From: Lobosporangium transversale
Taxonomy: Eukaryota
Assembly (NCBI RefSeq): GCF_002105155.1
Contig: NW_019029004.1
Span: forward strand, 124,001-188,000
Length of the DNA: 64,000 nucleotides
Direction: 5' to 3'
In this document: piece after piece, positions 11,485 to 23,189 of the stretch
Layout of the letters: each line of letters opens with the position of its first letter
How positions within the stretch are numbered: the first letter of the stretch is position 1
Notes under the pieces: generated by a model
The model's database searches: none
What the model was told of the DNA's origin: nothing
What the model saw: only the letters and a program-made list of their open reading frames with translations
Program-made: the position numbers and the translations under genes

Positions 11485-13944
11485 GAGACAAGAAGTGTGC
11501 AGACAAATGAACACTGCAATTTACAACTATATAAAAAGTAATCACATGCCTTCACTTTTTTTTTTTTTTTTTTTTTTTTTTTTCGCCGCCATTAATATAT
11601 GACCGACATAGAGGAAGAAGGATAGGGTTCTGCTTGAATCTTGTCCATGTCCATGTTCATGTCAGAATTGGTAGTGAGAGCGCGTCCAGAATCGTTTTTC
11701 TCAACGCAATCAGCCTCCGTTCTCGCCATTGTCAACATTCTTCTCCTGCTTCTTCTCGCCATTGCTGAGAGGTATGGATCAAGATAAAGAAGTGAAAAAA
11801 CAGATTAAGCCTTTAAAAATGGACTTTTGGTAGGGGCCTTAAATAATAGGCTTGGGCTTAGCACTATGCTACTCATGCGATGGATGCTGTAGCGTATTGG
11901 CTAGACGTCATAATCGCCTTCAGGTCCGTTTCTCATTATTGCTCACCCACCCAAACTTCTTATGGGTCTTAGACGCAGATTTGACCTTGAAGAGCGCGAA
12001 TGGGAATAGAATAAGAATTAAGATTGAAGGTGAATGGAGAAGCGGCGTAGCAGATAAAAAAAATAGTAGAAAAAAACGCGAACGCGTAGTTATTGGTAGA
12101 ATTTTTATCCCGCTACTATTCAATTTAATATAATAATTGAATTCATTCAAAAATAAATAAATAAATAAATAAAAAAATAAAAGAAAGTAAGGAATTTACC
12201 GTCAAAAGAACATGTACATCTATAGTTATGTTTGCGTCAACTTTAGAAAGGTTGCATTCTAAGGAAGAATTGAATTGAAGACACCAGAAGGAATACGAGT
12301 ATATAGCATGTGGAAGGAGCCGTAAATCTTATTGTGTGCCTATTAGGTGAGGAGGGCTAATGCAGGCGCGTGGATTAACGAATCGTCAAAGGATAAGAAA
12401 GAGTAAATGGGCTGGATATTCTAGAGAGAGGAAAAAAAAAAAAAAAAAAAAAAAAAAAACAAGAATTATTGTTTTTTACACAGAAAAAAAAAAAAAAAAA
12501 AGTTTACGAACGGCGCAAAATGGACTAGAACAAAAAAAAAAAAAAAAAAAAACTTTTTCATTTGGAAGAAACCTTTTCATGTCATCGTGAAGTGTCCAGT
12601 TGACCAACTTTTACTTCCGAAAATGATCTAAATCGTTTTCAAACGTGCGCTCATGTTGACAACTTTGTTGAGCGTGGGTCATCGAATCGTTGATTGTGAG
12701 AGGGTACAAATCGATATTGTGTACCCCATCAGTGTCCGATAAGGTACTCATTCGGAATTTCTTTTACACAACGGTGACACGCGAAATTTTACAATGGCCC
12801 CATCGTATATATTTTCCTCATTATACATGTACATGTATATACAATGGCGTACAGTGTGTGTTCTTGTTTGGAGTAGGCTAACGGTTCTACCGATGGGTTT
12901 CTAGGTCCGCACCAATTCGGCGTCCAATATATACTAATCATTCTGATATATATATATATATATATACATATGTACCTGTGTCCACTCTGCTCTGTTATCT
13001 TTGTCATTCCTTCCTTTATCCTCAAGGCTGAGTGATTAATATAAAATAAAATAAAATAAAATAAAATAAAGAGTCTTCAGTAAATGTGAAAATATCAACT
13101 ATAAGATCTTGAACAACATGTACTAAACATAAGAGCCATTTTTTTTTCTTTGACTTGTTTCTACAATACTTGTTCCAGGATTCCTTTTAGTGCGCTCATA
13201 GAATAATAGAAGTAAGAAATCAATAGAAAACACCCCTAGCAGCGGTTTAAAAAAAAAAAAAAAAAGGACTATATCACGCCGCATCCAATATGCACGAATG
13301 TTTTTCAAAAAATGGATCGAAGGCATTGATAGATATTCATATATATAATGTATACTATTGTATAATAGAGGGAAGCGGGTGTACAATACAAACAATCAGT
13401 CGTTTTATTTATTTTGTCCGCAATACAAATTCGCTTTTTAGAATCATCACTGTGCTTTTTTTTATATATATATTTGCATAGTATACATTTTATGCGTTAT
13501 TACAACAGTAATCGTAATTTTGTCTCTCATACCCCTCCCATTCCATTTTTCCTTCCTTACACGCAAGATGTCTCGATCTTGGCGTCGCCGAACAATGCAA
13601 TTCCATCTGTTTTTTTTTTGTCCGCTCTCTACTCTCTTCCTTATTCAGTTTTGTATATATATTTCTCTGTCCCTCTATGGCCCCCTATGGTACTTTTGCT
13701 CACGCACATCTCCCATCTACTAACGACTGAAGATTCAGTTCGAACAAAACAATAACATCTTTAACGGTATTTAGCCATTAAAAACATCCGAAAAGCAACC
13801 ATCTGACGCCCAACTAGAGAAACTAGGACAAAAGAACAAAAAAGAGATCCAAACTTTACTATTGTAGTATATAGTAGAGAATATGCCATTACATACACAG
13901 TCCTATCAAGCTGCAGCGAGCACGCGAATGAATTTTTTTCCGTC

Positions 13945-14481
13945 ATAATTCCTCAAGGCCTATAGTGCCTATCACCGATGCATTCACTACTTAGTATACA
14001 TCGGACGCGACTAAGGATGAGGACTAGGTCTTTGGTGATAATATGAGGGGAACAAGCGCATTTTGGATTAATACCGATCCTCCTATGACATCTGGAGATC
14101 TATCCAGAGGGTAGAGTCCTTCCCAGTTTGATTGTACTGATCGTGTTTGCTCTTTCTTTCACCATGCTCTGTGTTTTAGTATATATTTATTCTAACACAA
14201 TGTCGCTTAGTACAACTGCTGCAGCATCCATTGCAGTCGTAGCCATATAACTAGTGTAAAACCATTCGTTGTTTTACTTGACTCAGACCTTGACTCAACC
14301 CCTGGCCTCCGTTACCTATCGCTGTTTACAATATAGACAACTATAGTAGTGACTAAGGTTCCTCCCGATGCGGCCGGAAATCTCTGATCTGGCTGATTCG
14401 AAGACCGGGCCCAAATATAGCCCTCTTCTGCGAACATTCCTCAAGGCTTCCTGCCTCCAGGGCAACGCTTTCAACGTAACG

Positions 14482-14517
<36 letters not shown>

Positions 14518-14764
14518 GAAAAAAAAAAAAAAAAAAAAATCTAACACTCCATTGGCACTACAACTACGCCGTAGTTACTAAATTGGGCAACGGACCATTT
14601 GCTTTAAGCGGTGCCTACGGCGTTCAATATTGAGCTCCCAGATCGAATTTTCTTGGAACATAGGTCTATCCGTGTTTACTTGCCGAGATATCCAATCTCT
14701 CTAAATGGAATAGACTTTCATTGACTAAAAATATTATATCCCCACTCCTGCCGCTCACAGAGGA
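13945..14764 (+). pseudogene. Probable decayed intron-containing beta-trefoil (ricin-B-like) gene
   Basis: IPQG (ATTCCTCAAGGC) occurs twice, at 13948 and 14436. EDRAQI* sits where a QxW motif is expected. An intact-looking intron 14476-14574 (GTAACG, CTAAC, TAG) joins GQRFQ to LTKLGNGPFALSGAYGVQY. Many in-frame stops. Confidence 0.4.
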
Positions 14765-14852
14765 GTGAGTCCTTGGGCTGCTGATTATGTTATGTTATTT
14801 ATTTATGGTATCAATGAAGGTACCTCTTGAGATAGCCACCTAATTTTTTTCA

Positions 14853-14889
<37 letters not shown>

Positions 14890-15691
14890 CGAATAGTTAG
14901 ACATAAAAATATTCTCTTAGTGATGGAAGATCAATAAATTATTGTTTGTTATGATTTGTGAACAGTCCATCTTTTTTTATACTTTCATTCTGCCTCCTTT
15001 TTTATCTCGTTAAAATTCAATGCTCCTTGTTCGATGGCTTGCTTAAAACTTTATTGCGAGGTAGTTCTCGGCCAAGGGCACAGAAGTGCGCGCATCATGC
15101 CAGGTAGGTCATCAAAAGATGGTTTTATTTTTTTTTTTTTATATAAAAAAAACATCTACAGATATATTTTTTAAAAATACTCCTTTCTCCAAGGAGCACA
15201 GATCATAATACATTTAAGTACGCCAGGGCTCAGCTCGGAAGAAACCACAATGTCTCAAAGAAAGCCAATGTAGAGAATAAGGATCTCGGCCTGGCCACCT
15301 GACAAAAGATATATATTTCTGAATGTGCTAGTTTGCAATCTGTTCACAGCATGATTTATACCTCTGCGCTATATTGTCAGGTATCATAAACCTGTTACTT
15401 AGTTAATCAAACAGGAGCACACAAATTGTTATGCGATGGGTGTAGTCGACACTCTAGCCTCTAAACGCCCTCCAAAGCCAACAAAAGGGCTAGAACCGAG
15501 AAGAATGATGATGATTATGAATAAAAAGTTTTCATAAAATAGAAGTGCAAATAGTTTTCGGCTCCACTAGTATACCAGTATACCATGCCCCACTATAACT
15601 GGTATCGTATCATACACCACTGCCAAACTAGATGTAAAGCTGTTTAGCTGGTCCAATATTGACTTTTATAACTATGCTATAATATACTATG

Positions 15692-18172
15692 CTATTTATA
15701 CTGCCGCCGAAGCCGAAGTTGGCCAAGTTGAATATTATTCAAACGAGGGCAATACGAAACATGTGTCAAGAACCTCTGCATCATATCCCCATCTTCGTCA
15801 TTGTTTCGGCTTCCACTGCCTTCTCCGGCCTCATCCTCAGAGTCACCATAAGCACCATTGAACAATTCGGAAACACTCCACTGGTGTCCCAAGAGTGTAC
15901 TAATACCGTCTCCAAAAGTAGAATCGATCTCCTGTTTAGGCATAATCCATTCAATCTCCTTAGGCACCTTAGGCTCTGGTAGTGCAGAAGCTGCGGTTGT
16001 AGAAGTAGCCTTAGTAGCGGTGGCGGAAAGGATACTGGTGGTGAATCGGCGTTCATCTTCGTTAACCAAATGATTTTTATATACAATCTCTCGTTCCCGT
16101 GCACGGATAGTCAACGACTCCAGACAGGGATTATCCCAGGCAATGTTCGAAGCGTTGCATTTGCGGTCGCTATCATCTCCATCTCCATCTCCATCTCCAT
16201 TTCCCCCTGTTGTCACTGCTCTTCCGCCTATAAGGGCCTCCTTAGCATCTTCGATCGTTCCAATATTGCCTTCTCCCTCAGCCTCTCCCTCCTTTATATT
16301 GTTAGTCTTGTTATTGTCATCCTCTCGCTTCTTTAGGATATCCTCAACAACAACACTCACATCCGCGTCCATGTTCAAATCCCAGAAATAAAGCTTGCGT
16401 AGCCGTCGGCAGTTCTGGACTAACTTCTCTAACTCTCGCCCTTGTCGCTCCAAGACAATAGAGATCCACTCATTACCCATATTCTCAGATCCCCCAGGAA
16501 GGAGCGGGGACCATTGTCTCTCAGCACATCCCAGAATAATAATCTTGAGGACCTGAAGGGTTTGTTTGTGAGCCTCAATAGCCTTACGTGCCTCAGTGTC
16601 GAGTACCCAAAGACAAACCTCTAGCTCTCTTAAGGAATTCTGTCGATTGCCCAACCCTTTTTGGAACTTGAGATCCATTTCTTCATCAACTCGGATTGTG
16701 CTAGAGTTGCCATTGTTGACGTCGCCATCGCCTTGGACATGGATGTTGAGATGCTTACTACTGTCATCCTTGGCTCTGATTCGGCCTGTCAAAGGGGCGC
16801 CAACATTGGATCTATAGTACTGACGCTCATCATCTTCATTTTCCCGACTACACGCGCGGACCATCTTCAAAATTTTCCAGTTGTTGGCAATCTGGTTCTT
16901 CATTGCAGGGTCCTTGGGATGATCACAGATCTTGAGACTCGATAGTTGAGGACGGGTCCCCTGCTTGATCTTTTGTCTGCCTTCCTTCTCTCGTTTCTCC
17001 CGTTCTTTCTTAGATTCGACTTCCTCGGTTCCAGAAAGGAGATAGATCATTGAATCCAATGGGTAAGTACCCCCGTCGTTGCCATCGGTGCTGTTTATTA
17101 CGAACTCAATCACCAAGTCCTCCAACAGTGGACAGCGCCCCAAGATATATCGTTCCAGGCAAGGACGTAAAGATTTACGCAGCCCTAATGTTAGAGAGGT
17201 GAGATTCTCAAATATTAAAGAATCCAAACCGATATCGCTCAATTGGCCAGAAATATTGCAAAGCGACAAAGACCGAAGTCGTCCAGCAAGCGGCCGGAGT
17301 AATAGCCAGAGCTCTTGATCCTTGAAACTTAGCCCCCGCAGATGCAACTCCTCAAGCGTTGGCGCCAGATGAGCCAGAGGCTCAAAGGGGGTTATTTTAT
17401 TTTTGTTACCATTAACACTGTTGATGGAGCTAGCGTTAATGTTATTAGCAGTAGCCGGTGCTGCAGCTGCAGCTTCAGTGCTTGCACCAGCTGTCGTGAT
17501 TGGGTCAGCTGCCACTGCTTCAGTTGTTAGTTGATCAGCATGTTCCATCATGCTGGGCATCAATTGATACGTTAAATCGAACATACTCAATTTCTTCAGC
17601 CGTAGGTTATGGGCCAGCAACCAGGATACTACTTTAGAGTTCATCGATGAAGCAACCACTAATTCATTTAGGAACCTGAATCTGGGATGTGTTTTCAAGT
17701 CGGTTAAAAACTTTGGAAGGTGCCAAAACGAACGAAGATGGAGGATTCGACATAGATCTTGATGCTCCATCAGCCTTTCTCTGGGCACATGATCCATACT
17801 TAAGGGCTCGTATACATGCCAGAGTATGGGCATAAAGACTTGACGCCAAAGTTTTGAGACTTGAGTGCATTGTATAAGTAACTTGGGTCTGTATGAGAAG
17901 TTAAAAGATCGGTTGTCACGAACTTTGAGGTAACTCAATGCGTTATCTTGATCATCATCATTTCTGTTTGGATGGGACTCAAATGGTGAGACGTGTTTGC
18001 CGATAGCGGACAGAATCTCGGGACAGGATAGTGCATGGCTTGTTGCTGGAGTTGATATGGTGGTCTCTTTCAAGGGTGCGGAAGATGTTATGATTGCTAC
18101 CAATACTTCTGCTGCTATTTCTATTGCTGCTTCTATTGCTGCTTCTGTTATTACTGTTGCTTTTGTTGCCAT
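15692..18172 (-). CDS. F-box-like/LRR (RNI-like) protein of the type expanded in Mortierellaceae
   Basis: Intronless ORF from ATG 18172. HALSCPEILSAIGKHV...CTQVSKLWRQVFMPILW is F-box-like, followed by LxxLxL repeats (LEELHLRG, LRSLSLCN, CPLLEDLVI). Confidence 0.75.
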   Translation of the reverse strand: MATKATVITEAAIEAAIEIAAEVLVAIITSSAPLKETTISTPATSHALSCPEILSAIGKHVSPFESHPNRNDDDQDNALSYLKVRDNRSFNFSYRPKLLIQCTQVSKLWRQVFMPILWHVYEPLSMDHVPRERLMEHQDLCRILHLRSFWHLPKFLTDLKTHPRFRFLNELVVASSMNSKVVSWLLAHNLRLKKLSMFDLTYQLMPSMMEHADQLTTEAVAADPITTAGASTEAAAAAPATANNINASSINSVNGNKNKITPFEPLAHLAPTLEELHLRGLSFKDQELWLLLRPLAGRLRSLSLCNISGQLSDIGLDSLIFENLTSLTLGLRKSLRPCLERYILGRCPLLEDLVIEFVINSTDGNDGGTYPLDSMIYLLSGTEEVESKKEREKREKEGRQKIKQGTRPQLSSLKICDHPKDPAMKNQIANNWKILKMVRACSRENEDDERQYYRSNVGAPLTGRIRAKDDSSKHLNIHVQGDGDVNNGNSSTIRVDEEMDLKFQKGLGNRQNSLRELEVCLWVLDTEARKAIEAHKQTLQVLKIIILGCAERQWSPLLPGGSENMGNEWISIVLERQGRELEKLVQNCRRLRKLYFWDLNMDADVSVVVEDILKKREDDNNKTNNIKEGEAEGEGNIGTIEDAKEALIGGRAVTTGGNGDGDGDGDDSDRKCNASNIAWDNPCLESLTIRAREREIVYKNHLVNEDERRFTTSILSATATKATSTTAASALPEPKVPKEIEWIMPKQEIDSTFGDGISTLLGHQWSVSELFNGAYGDSEDEAGEGSGSRNNDEDGDMMQRFLTHVSYCPRLNNIQLGQLRLRRQYK

Positions 18173-18780
18173 GGTGATAGAATGAAGTAATACAAGCTTA
18201 GAGTACGGTTTGCAGTACGATGTACAGCAATAGGTTGTTGACAAGGGCAGAAGCAAGTCTTTTTCAAACTAGGTTTACAAATCTTATTTAAATGATGTGA
18301 AGTTGGGTGCCGCAGTCACTCGACGTCGCGTGGAGGCGCTTACATTTTATGCATCACCATGACAAAAAAATTTCTTTGGTAACATGTTTTTAACGAATGA
18401 TTGGACTACTGTACAATAAATTTTACAAGTGTGAACAATTAAGATAAAAAAAAGGAGAGGTTTAAAAGTGTATAAAAAGAGTGAGAGAGAGCGTAAAATA
18501 AAGAAAGAAGGGAGGAGAATAATCAGAATGTCTGGTTCAATTAATTTCAATGGCATTCCTTTTTAAAAGGCAGCCAAACAAAAGTATGCCATTCACAGGG
18601 CCTTGGATGGAGGATCATCTAGAATAACAAGCTTACTAGGACTGCAAACGCAAATGTAGTCATAGTTGTAGATACAGATGGAGTCACATCCGCAGCCGAG
18701 AGACACCCTCACGCACGGACGCCGCAGTGTTTCCTTTGATTCACTTGAAAGTTGTGGCTGATTTCTCTGACGTTTCAAAA

Positions 18781-21700
18781 TCATTCTTCGGACGCCTTTG
18801 TAGCCGCTGATTGTGATACTGGTCCAACACTGGCAGCTGACCGAGCACTATCAGTCACATGAGGCTGTGTTGAAGTTGCTGTAGAATTTGTAGCTGAGGC
18901 TATGGCAGGAGTTGAGTCTGAAAGTGATGTAGGAGCAACTATCATAGCAGGTGTTGATGCAGCTGCCTGAGTCGAGGATGTGATGTTTGGAGGAGTAGAC
19001 GCTAATGTTGACACTGGAGTAGCTGCTGCCGCTGTCGCAGAGTTTGCCACAACTGGGGGAGTCGCTGAAGTAGAGGCGGACGCTGAGCTAGGAGTGGTAG
19101 CAGTAGTAGGTGCATTTGTTGATGCTGGTACTACAGGAGGCGGAAGACGTTGTGGATTGACCTCTGACAGAGGTACATACTGGGCCATCTCTGCAAGGCG
19201 CTTACGAATACTCTTGATCAATCGCTCTAAAAGCAATTTTTCCTGTTCCTCAGATCCTGGAGTAGAAGCAACAGGACTTGGTGCGGGTGTAGATGAAGGA
19301 GTGACGCCTCCACTAACAGAAGTAGATATAGGCGTTGGAGTTGAACTTGAGGCTAAAGATGTTTCATTCTTCATACTCAATGTCTTGCTGACCATGAGTT
19401 GCACAACTTGACGCATTTCAATCGAATTCTGCTCAAGATACTCTCGAACCCATTTCTTGTTCTCCTCAGAATCTCCACCTGACCAAGTCTGACCCCATTT
19501 GATCTCCACATCATCATCAGCTGTGGAAGCGATAGACCGTTGAGCAGGAGGCAACAAGCTGTCGAGTTCGATTTTGAGCGTCCTCCAAGCTTCGTACTCA
19601 GTCTTTGCACGTAGTAGCTTCGGCCATGCTTGAATGTCCTTGACAACTTGTCGGATGTCGATCCATTCCTTCATTGATGCAGTCGATGCATCCTTTTCTG
19701 TACCCTTCTGCATGGATTGGCTCGTATGTCCATTACTGACTCTTGAAGCCTTGGTTTCCCCTATAGACACAGCTTCTTCAGTATCCTTCATGATCTCGTC
19801 CTCCATCTCAGATTTAGCCAAATCATTAGTTTTCTCATCCTTGAGTCCTTGGAGCACTTTAGACTCCCCCATTTGTATTTCCTTTGACTCCTCTGGAGGG
19901 TTATTCGGCGCTTGATCTGATGTAATTTTAGGCTCTCCCTTAATGTTGTTTTCGACTCCTTTTGACTCTACCTGCGTCTCTTCCTTCACATCAGTTTTCG
20001 CTGCCCTCGTTGACGTCATCTCTTCTGCTTCGATATTAAAATCTTGTCGCCACAACTTCAAAGGTACACGCGTGTCCACATCAGAATGCTGCCCAGTCTT
20101 TTCTTCTTTGACAATTGTCGCCACCTTATCCACAAATGTGCTGGCACCTCGGGTCAGTGTCTCAACCTTCTGACGAACAAAATCTTGCACTTCAAAGAGA
20201 CCTGCAGCATCCTCCTTGCTCATTGCCGCCAGCTCCTTCTGATCAACTATGCCATCCAAAAACATAGCGAGACTCCGAACATATGCTTCACCTTTTTCGT
20301 CTCCAAAAACCATCCCAGTATAAGCTGGAATATTTTTAACACCTGACGGGCCGTTATCTGTTGCTGGCCTTCCTAGGACAGCAAAAGGTCCATAATCTAG
20401 AAAGGCCGCTGGGCGGAACTGAGATTTTGGTGCCTTCCAATATGGGTAATCATCCAGGTATAGGCCATTGTAATTGGGATTTGTCTCAATCAAAGGGCAA
20501 ACCAGAGGAGCAGATCCAAAATCCTGCTCTACAGGCACCAAAGACCATGGATCAGGATGGGAAGCAGGGTCAATGGAGCCGTCCGTTGCATAACTCAGAG
20601 CAATCGTTCCATCTCTCCTATGTTTAATCTTTTTTGATTTCCTGTATTGTTGTGGAGTTGGTATACGGCCAGCTTCGCCGAATGACATGGGTGACTAGTA
20701 TTTGACCAAGTTGTAATGTAATAAATAGTAAGTGTTAGAGCATTCAGTATCCACATCAGAGTTTAAGGTTGCATCATCACCACGACTATGTGAATGGTAT
20801 TTACATCAGCAGGCAAATCCTGACTGCGGTTAGTTCGACGGCTTTGAGAGAAAGAACCCGTTGATGTGTTGCTATAATCGCCCATACCGCCAACATCGAC
20901 ATTCTCCTCACCCTTTACCGCCAAGAAAGCCTCATCATCCTTATCAAGGACTGACTTCCTTTCTCGTTCAATCGCTTTTGAACCCCACTCCCATAGTTTA
21001 TCGGCCTGCCTCCAGTATAACGTTTCCTTGGCATTATATAGCCTTGCATTATCGCAAACCAACTGAAAATCTTTCAAGAATTCATCGATGTTGGGATAGA
21101 AATTCCTCTCTACTTTAGCCCTCATTGTTGAAAAGTCCATTGGATTCTTGATAATAGAAGAGTAATCAGGCACTAGCACAGGATCAACTGGCTCAGTAAA
21201 CAATACATACATATCCTTCCTGAAACGGCAAATTACCGACGTTAAACAAACAGAGTTGGAATTAGTGAATTAAAATAAAAAGTCCCTCGCTTTTCGTCCT
21301 TTTTGAAATAAAATAATGCATCCGTACTTTATAAAGCTATCCAGTAGCTTATGGCAAATGACTGAAAGCTCCTTCTTCTTTGGAGCAGCAGGTGTTGTTA
21401 TTTTTGATGTCGAGGGTCGCTTGACATGCTTTCCTTTCCGCCTTGACTTCGGAGTGGCAGCGGCTGACGTAGATCCTTCTCGGCTGGGTTCTTCTGATGT
21501 CGCCTTTGGTGTCCTAGGTTTCGTATGTTTCCCTTCAGCCCCTGATCCAGGTATTGTCTTTGAGCTCTTCTGTCCACCCTTGACCGATTTGGAGCTAAAA
21601 TGAGCATGCATGCCAGGATCAATCATGGGTGACATAAGTCCCTCATTATCTGATTGGTCGTCTCGCTCGTTTTGTTGGCCATCGTTATCTTCATCCTCAT

Positions 21701-22907
21701 TATCTCCCTCCTCTTCGTCGTCGTCTTCAGGTTCATCAAGGTCGCCAGCCAAAGGGTCTTCCAGATCTTCGTCCATGTCCTCTGTCATTTGATCTTGTGC
21801 CTCTGTATCATAACTACCTGATCGTTCGTTCATCAGTGATAAAAATGGTCGCTTCTGTCCCACCTGTGCATGTGCACCATTCGAGTCGGGAAAAGAGAGT
21901 GTTTGATATGTCTCTTCCTGTTTTACAACAACGGGTGATTGAGCTACACTTTGACTTAATGACCTAGAGCGAGAACGTGCTTTTGGTACAATTGAATTTT
22001 TACGCTGACCTCCATATTGTAATAGACCTGCTTCGTCTGCCGGACTATTGTATTGTGCGTCTTGGATAGTAGATACTTTTCGATTCCTCTTACTTTCTTT
22101 CTTGTCCTTTCCTAACCGTAGAGTGATTTTGGGGGTCCCTGACTCGCTCTCCGCCTCCAAATCATACTCACGACTGCCCTCATGGCTGCGGCTGAAGATA
22201 TTATGAGACATAGGTCCTTCTTCATCTGCGTTTTCAATTTCATACTCATTATGTTGATGTTTAAGATGGTGATGCTTATGCTTATGTTTGTGTTTCTTTT
22301 TCTTCTTATGTATTGAAGACGGCCGTTCATTGTCGAGATCATCAGTATGAATGGAACTTTGTGTTTGGCGTCGTCCAATGTAAGCCTCGTCCTCCTGCTC
22401 CTCATCATCTTCGGATATGATACTGATATGTTCAGAAGACCGTCGCTTTTTCTTAGACAAGCTACTGCTACTGTTGCTCCTCTTATGTGTGGAAGTTGTA
22501 GGTGTGGAGGACGAGGCAGAGGAAGGAATGATGGCAGGATTAGAAGGAAGTCTCAGCGAGATCTTGATCTTTGGAAGTTTCTGAGCTGGCTGGGATGATG
22601 GTGAAGTTGCTCCATGTCCATTTCTGCCATTGTGCTGTAAAAGGTGATCTTTACTTTCGTCTTGGCCCTCTTCCTCTTCGATATCAACTGTGTCCTCGTG
22701 ATCCAAGTCATCCTGATGGCGCTCCTTCCTGCTTCTTTTTTTTTTCTTTTTCTTTTTAATCGCAGCAGTGGATGAAGAGTCGCTATGGAACTCGTCGTGA
22801 GAGAAAGATTTCGCAGTCGACTTGCGTTTGCGGTGCTGGTGGGTGTTTGAAGAGGAGTGGGTCTGATCCAGAGTGCTCGTGGTGGCAGGGGAACGTGGCG
22901 AACCCAT
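18781..22907 (-). CDS. BRD7/BRD9-like bromodomain protein; exons 22907-21328, 21219-20805, 20694-18781
   Basis: Bromodomain FTEPVDPVLVPDYSSIIKNPMDFSTM...DNARLYN. Downstream FLDYGPF and FGDEKGEAYVRSLAMF resemble the BRD7/9 DUF3512 region. Introns keep frame. Confidence 0.8.
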
Positions 22908-23189
22908 GAAAAAGAAACAGACGCAAGAGAATAAGAAAAATAGAAAAAGGGAAGTAAATTGCCTGTCGCGATAATGATCCGGTTGTAAAATTGATTAAAT
23001 CTTACTGGACAGGGTCAGGCAGATCAATTGAGATTGAATGTTGCGTGTGTGGTAGAACCAAATCGAGTCATGCAAAAACCCACATTCGAAAATGTGCTTA
23101 ATACAAATTATTCATACTTGTCCCCATAGTGTCATAGTGTTATGAATATAACGGAAAAAAAATTGTAGGTGGCTTAACCATAATGTCAC

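Noticed and set aside
13968..14110. Multi-stem structured RNA (TATCACC/GGTGATA, CCGATG/CATCGG, TCTGGA/TCCAGA)
   Set aside because: Stems are short and partly mutually exclusive, match no ncRNA family I recognise, and lie within the putative pseudogene exons.
14370..14513. HDV-like ribozyme or Pol III RNA ending in poly-T
   Set aside because: Nested pseudoknot pairing and A/B boxes could not be built; the poly-T lies inside an apparent intron.
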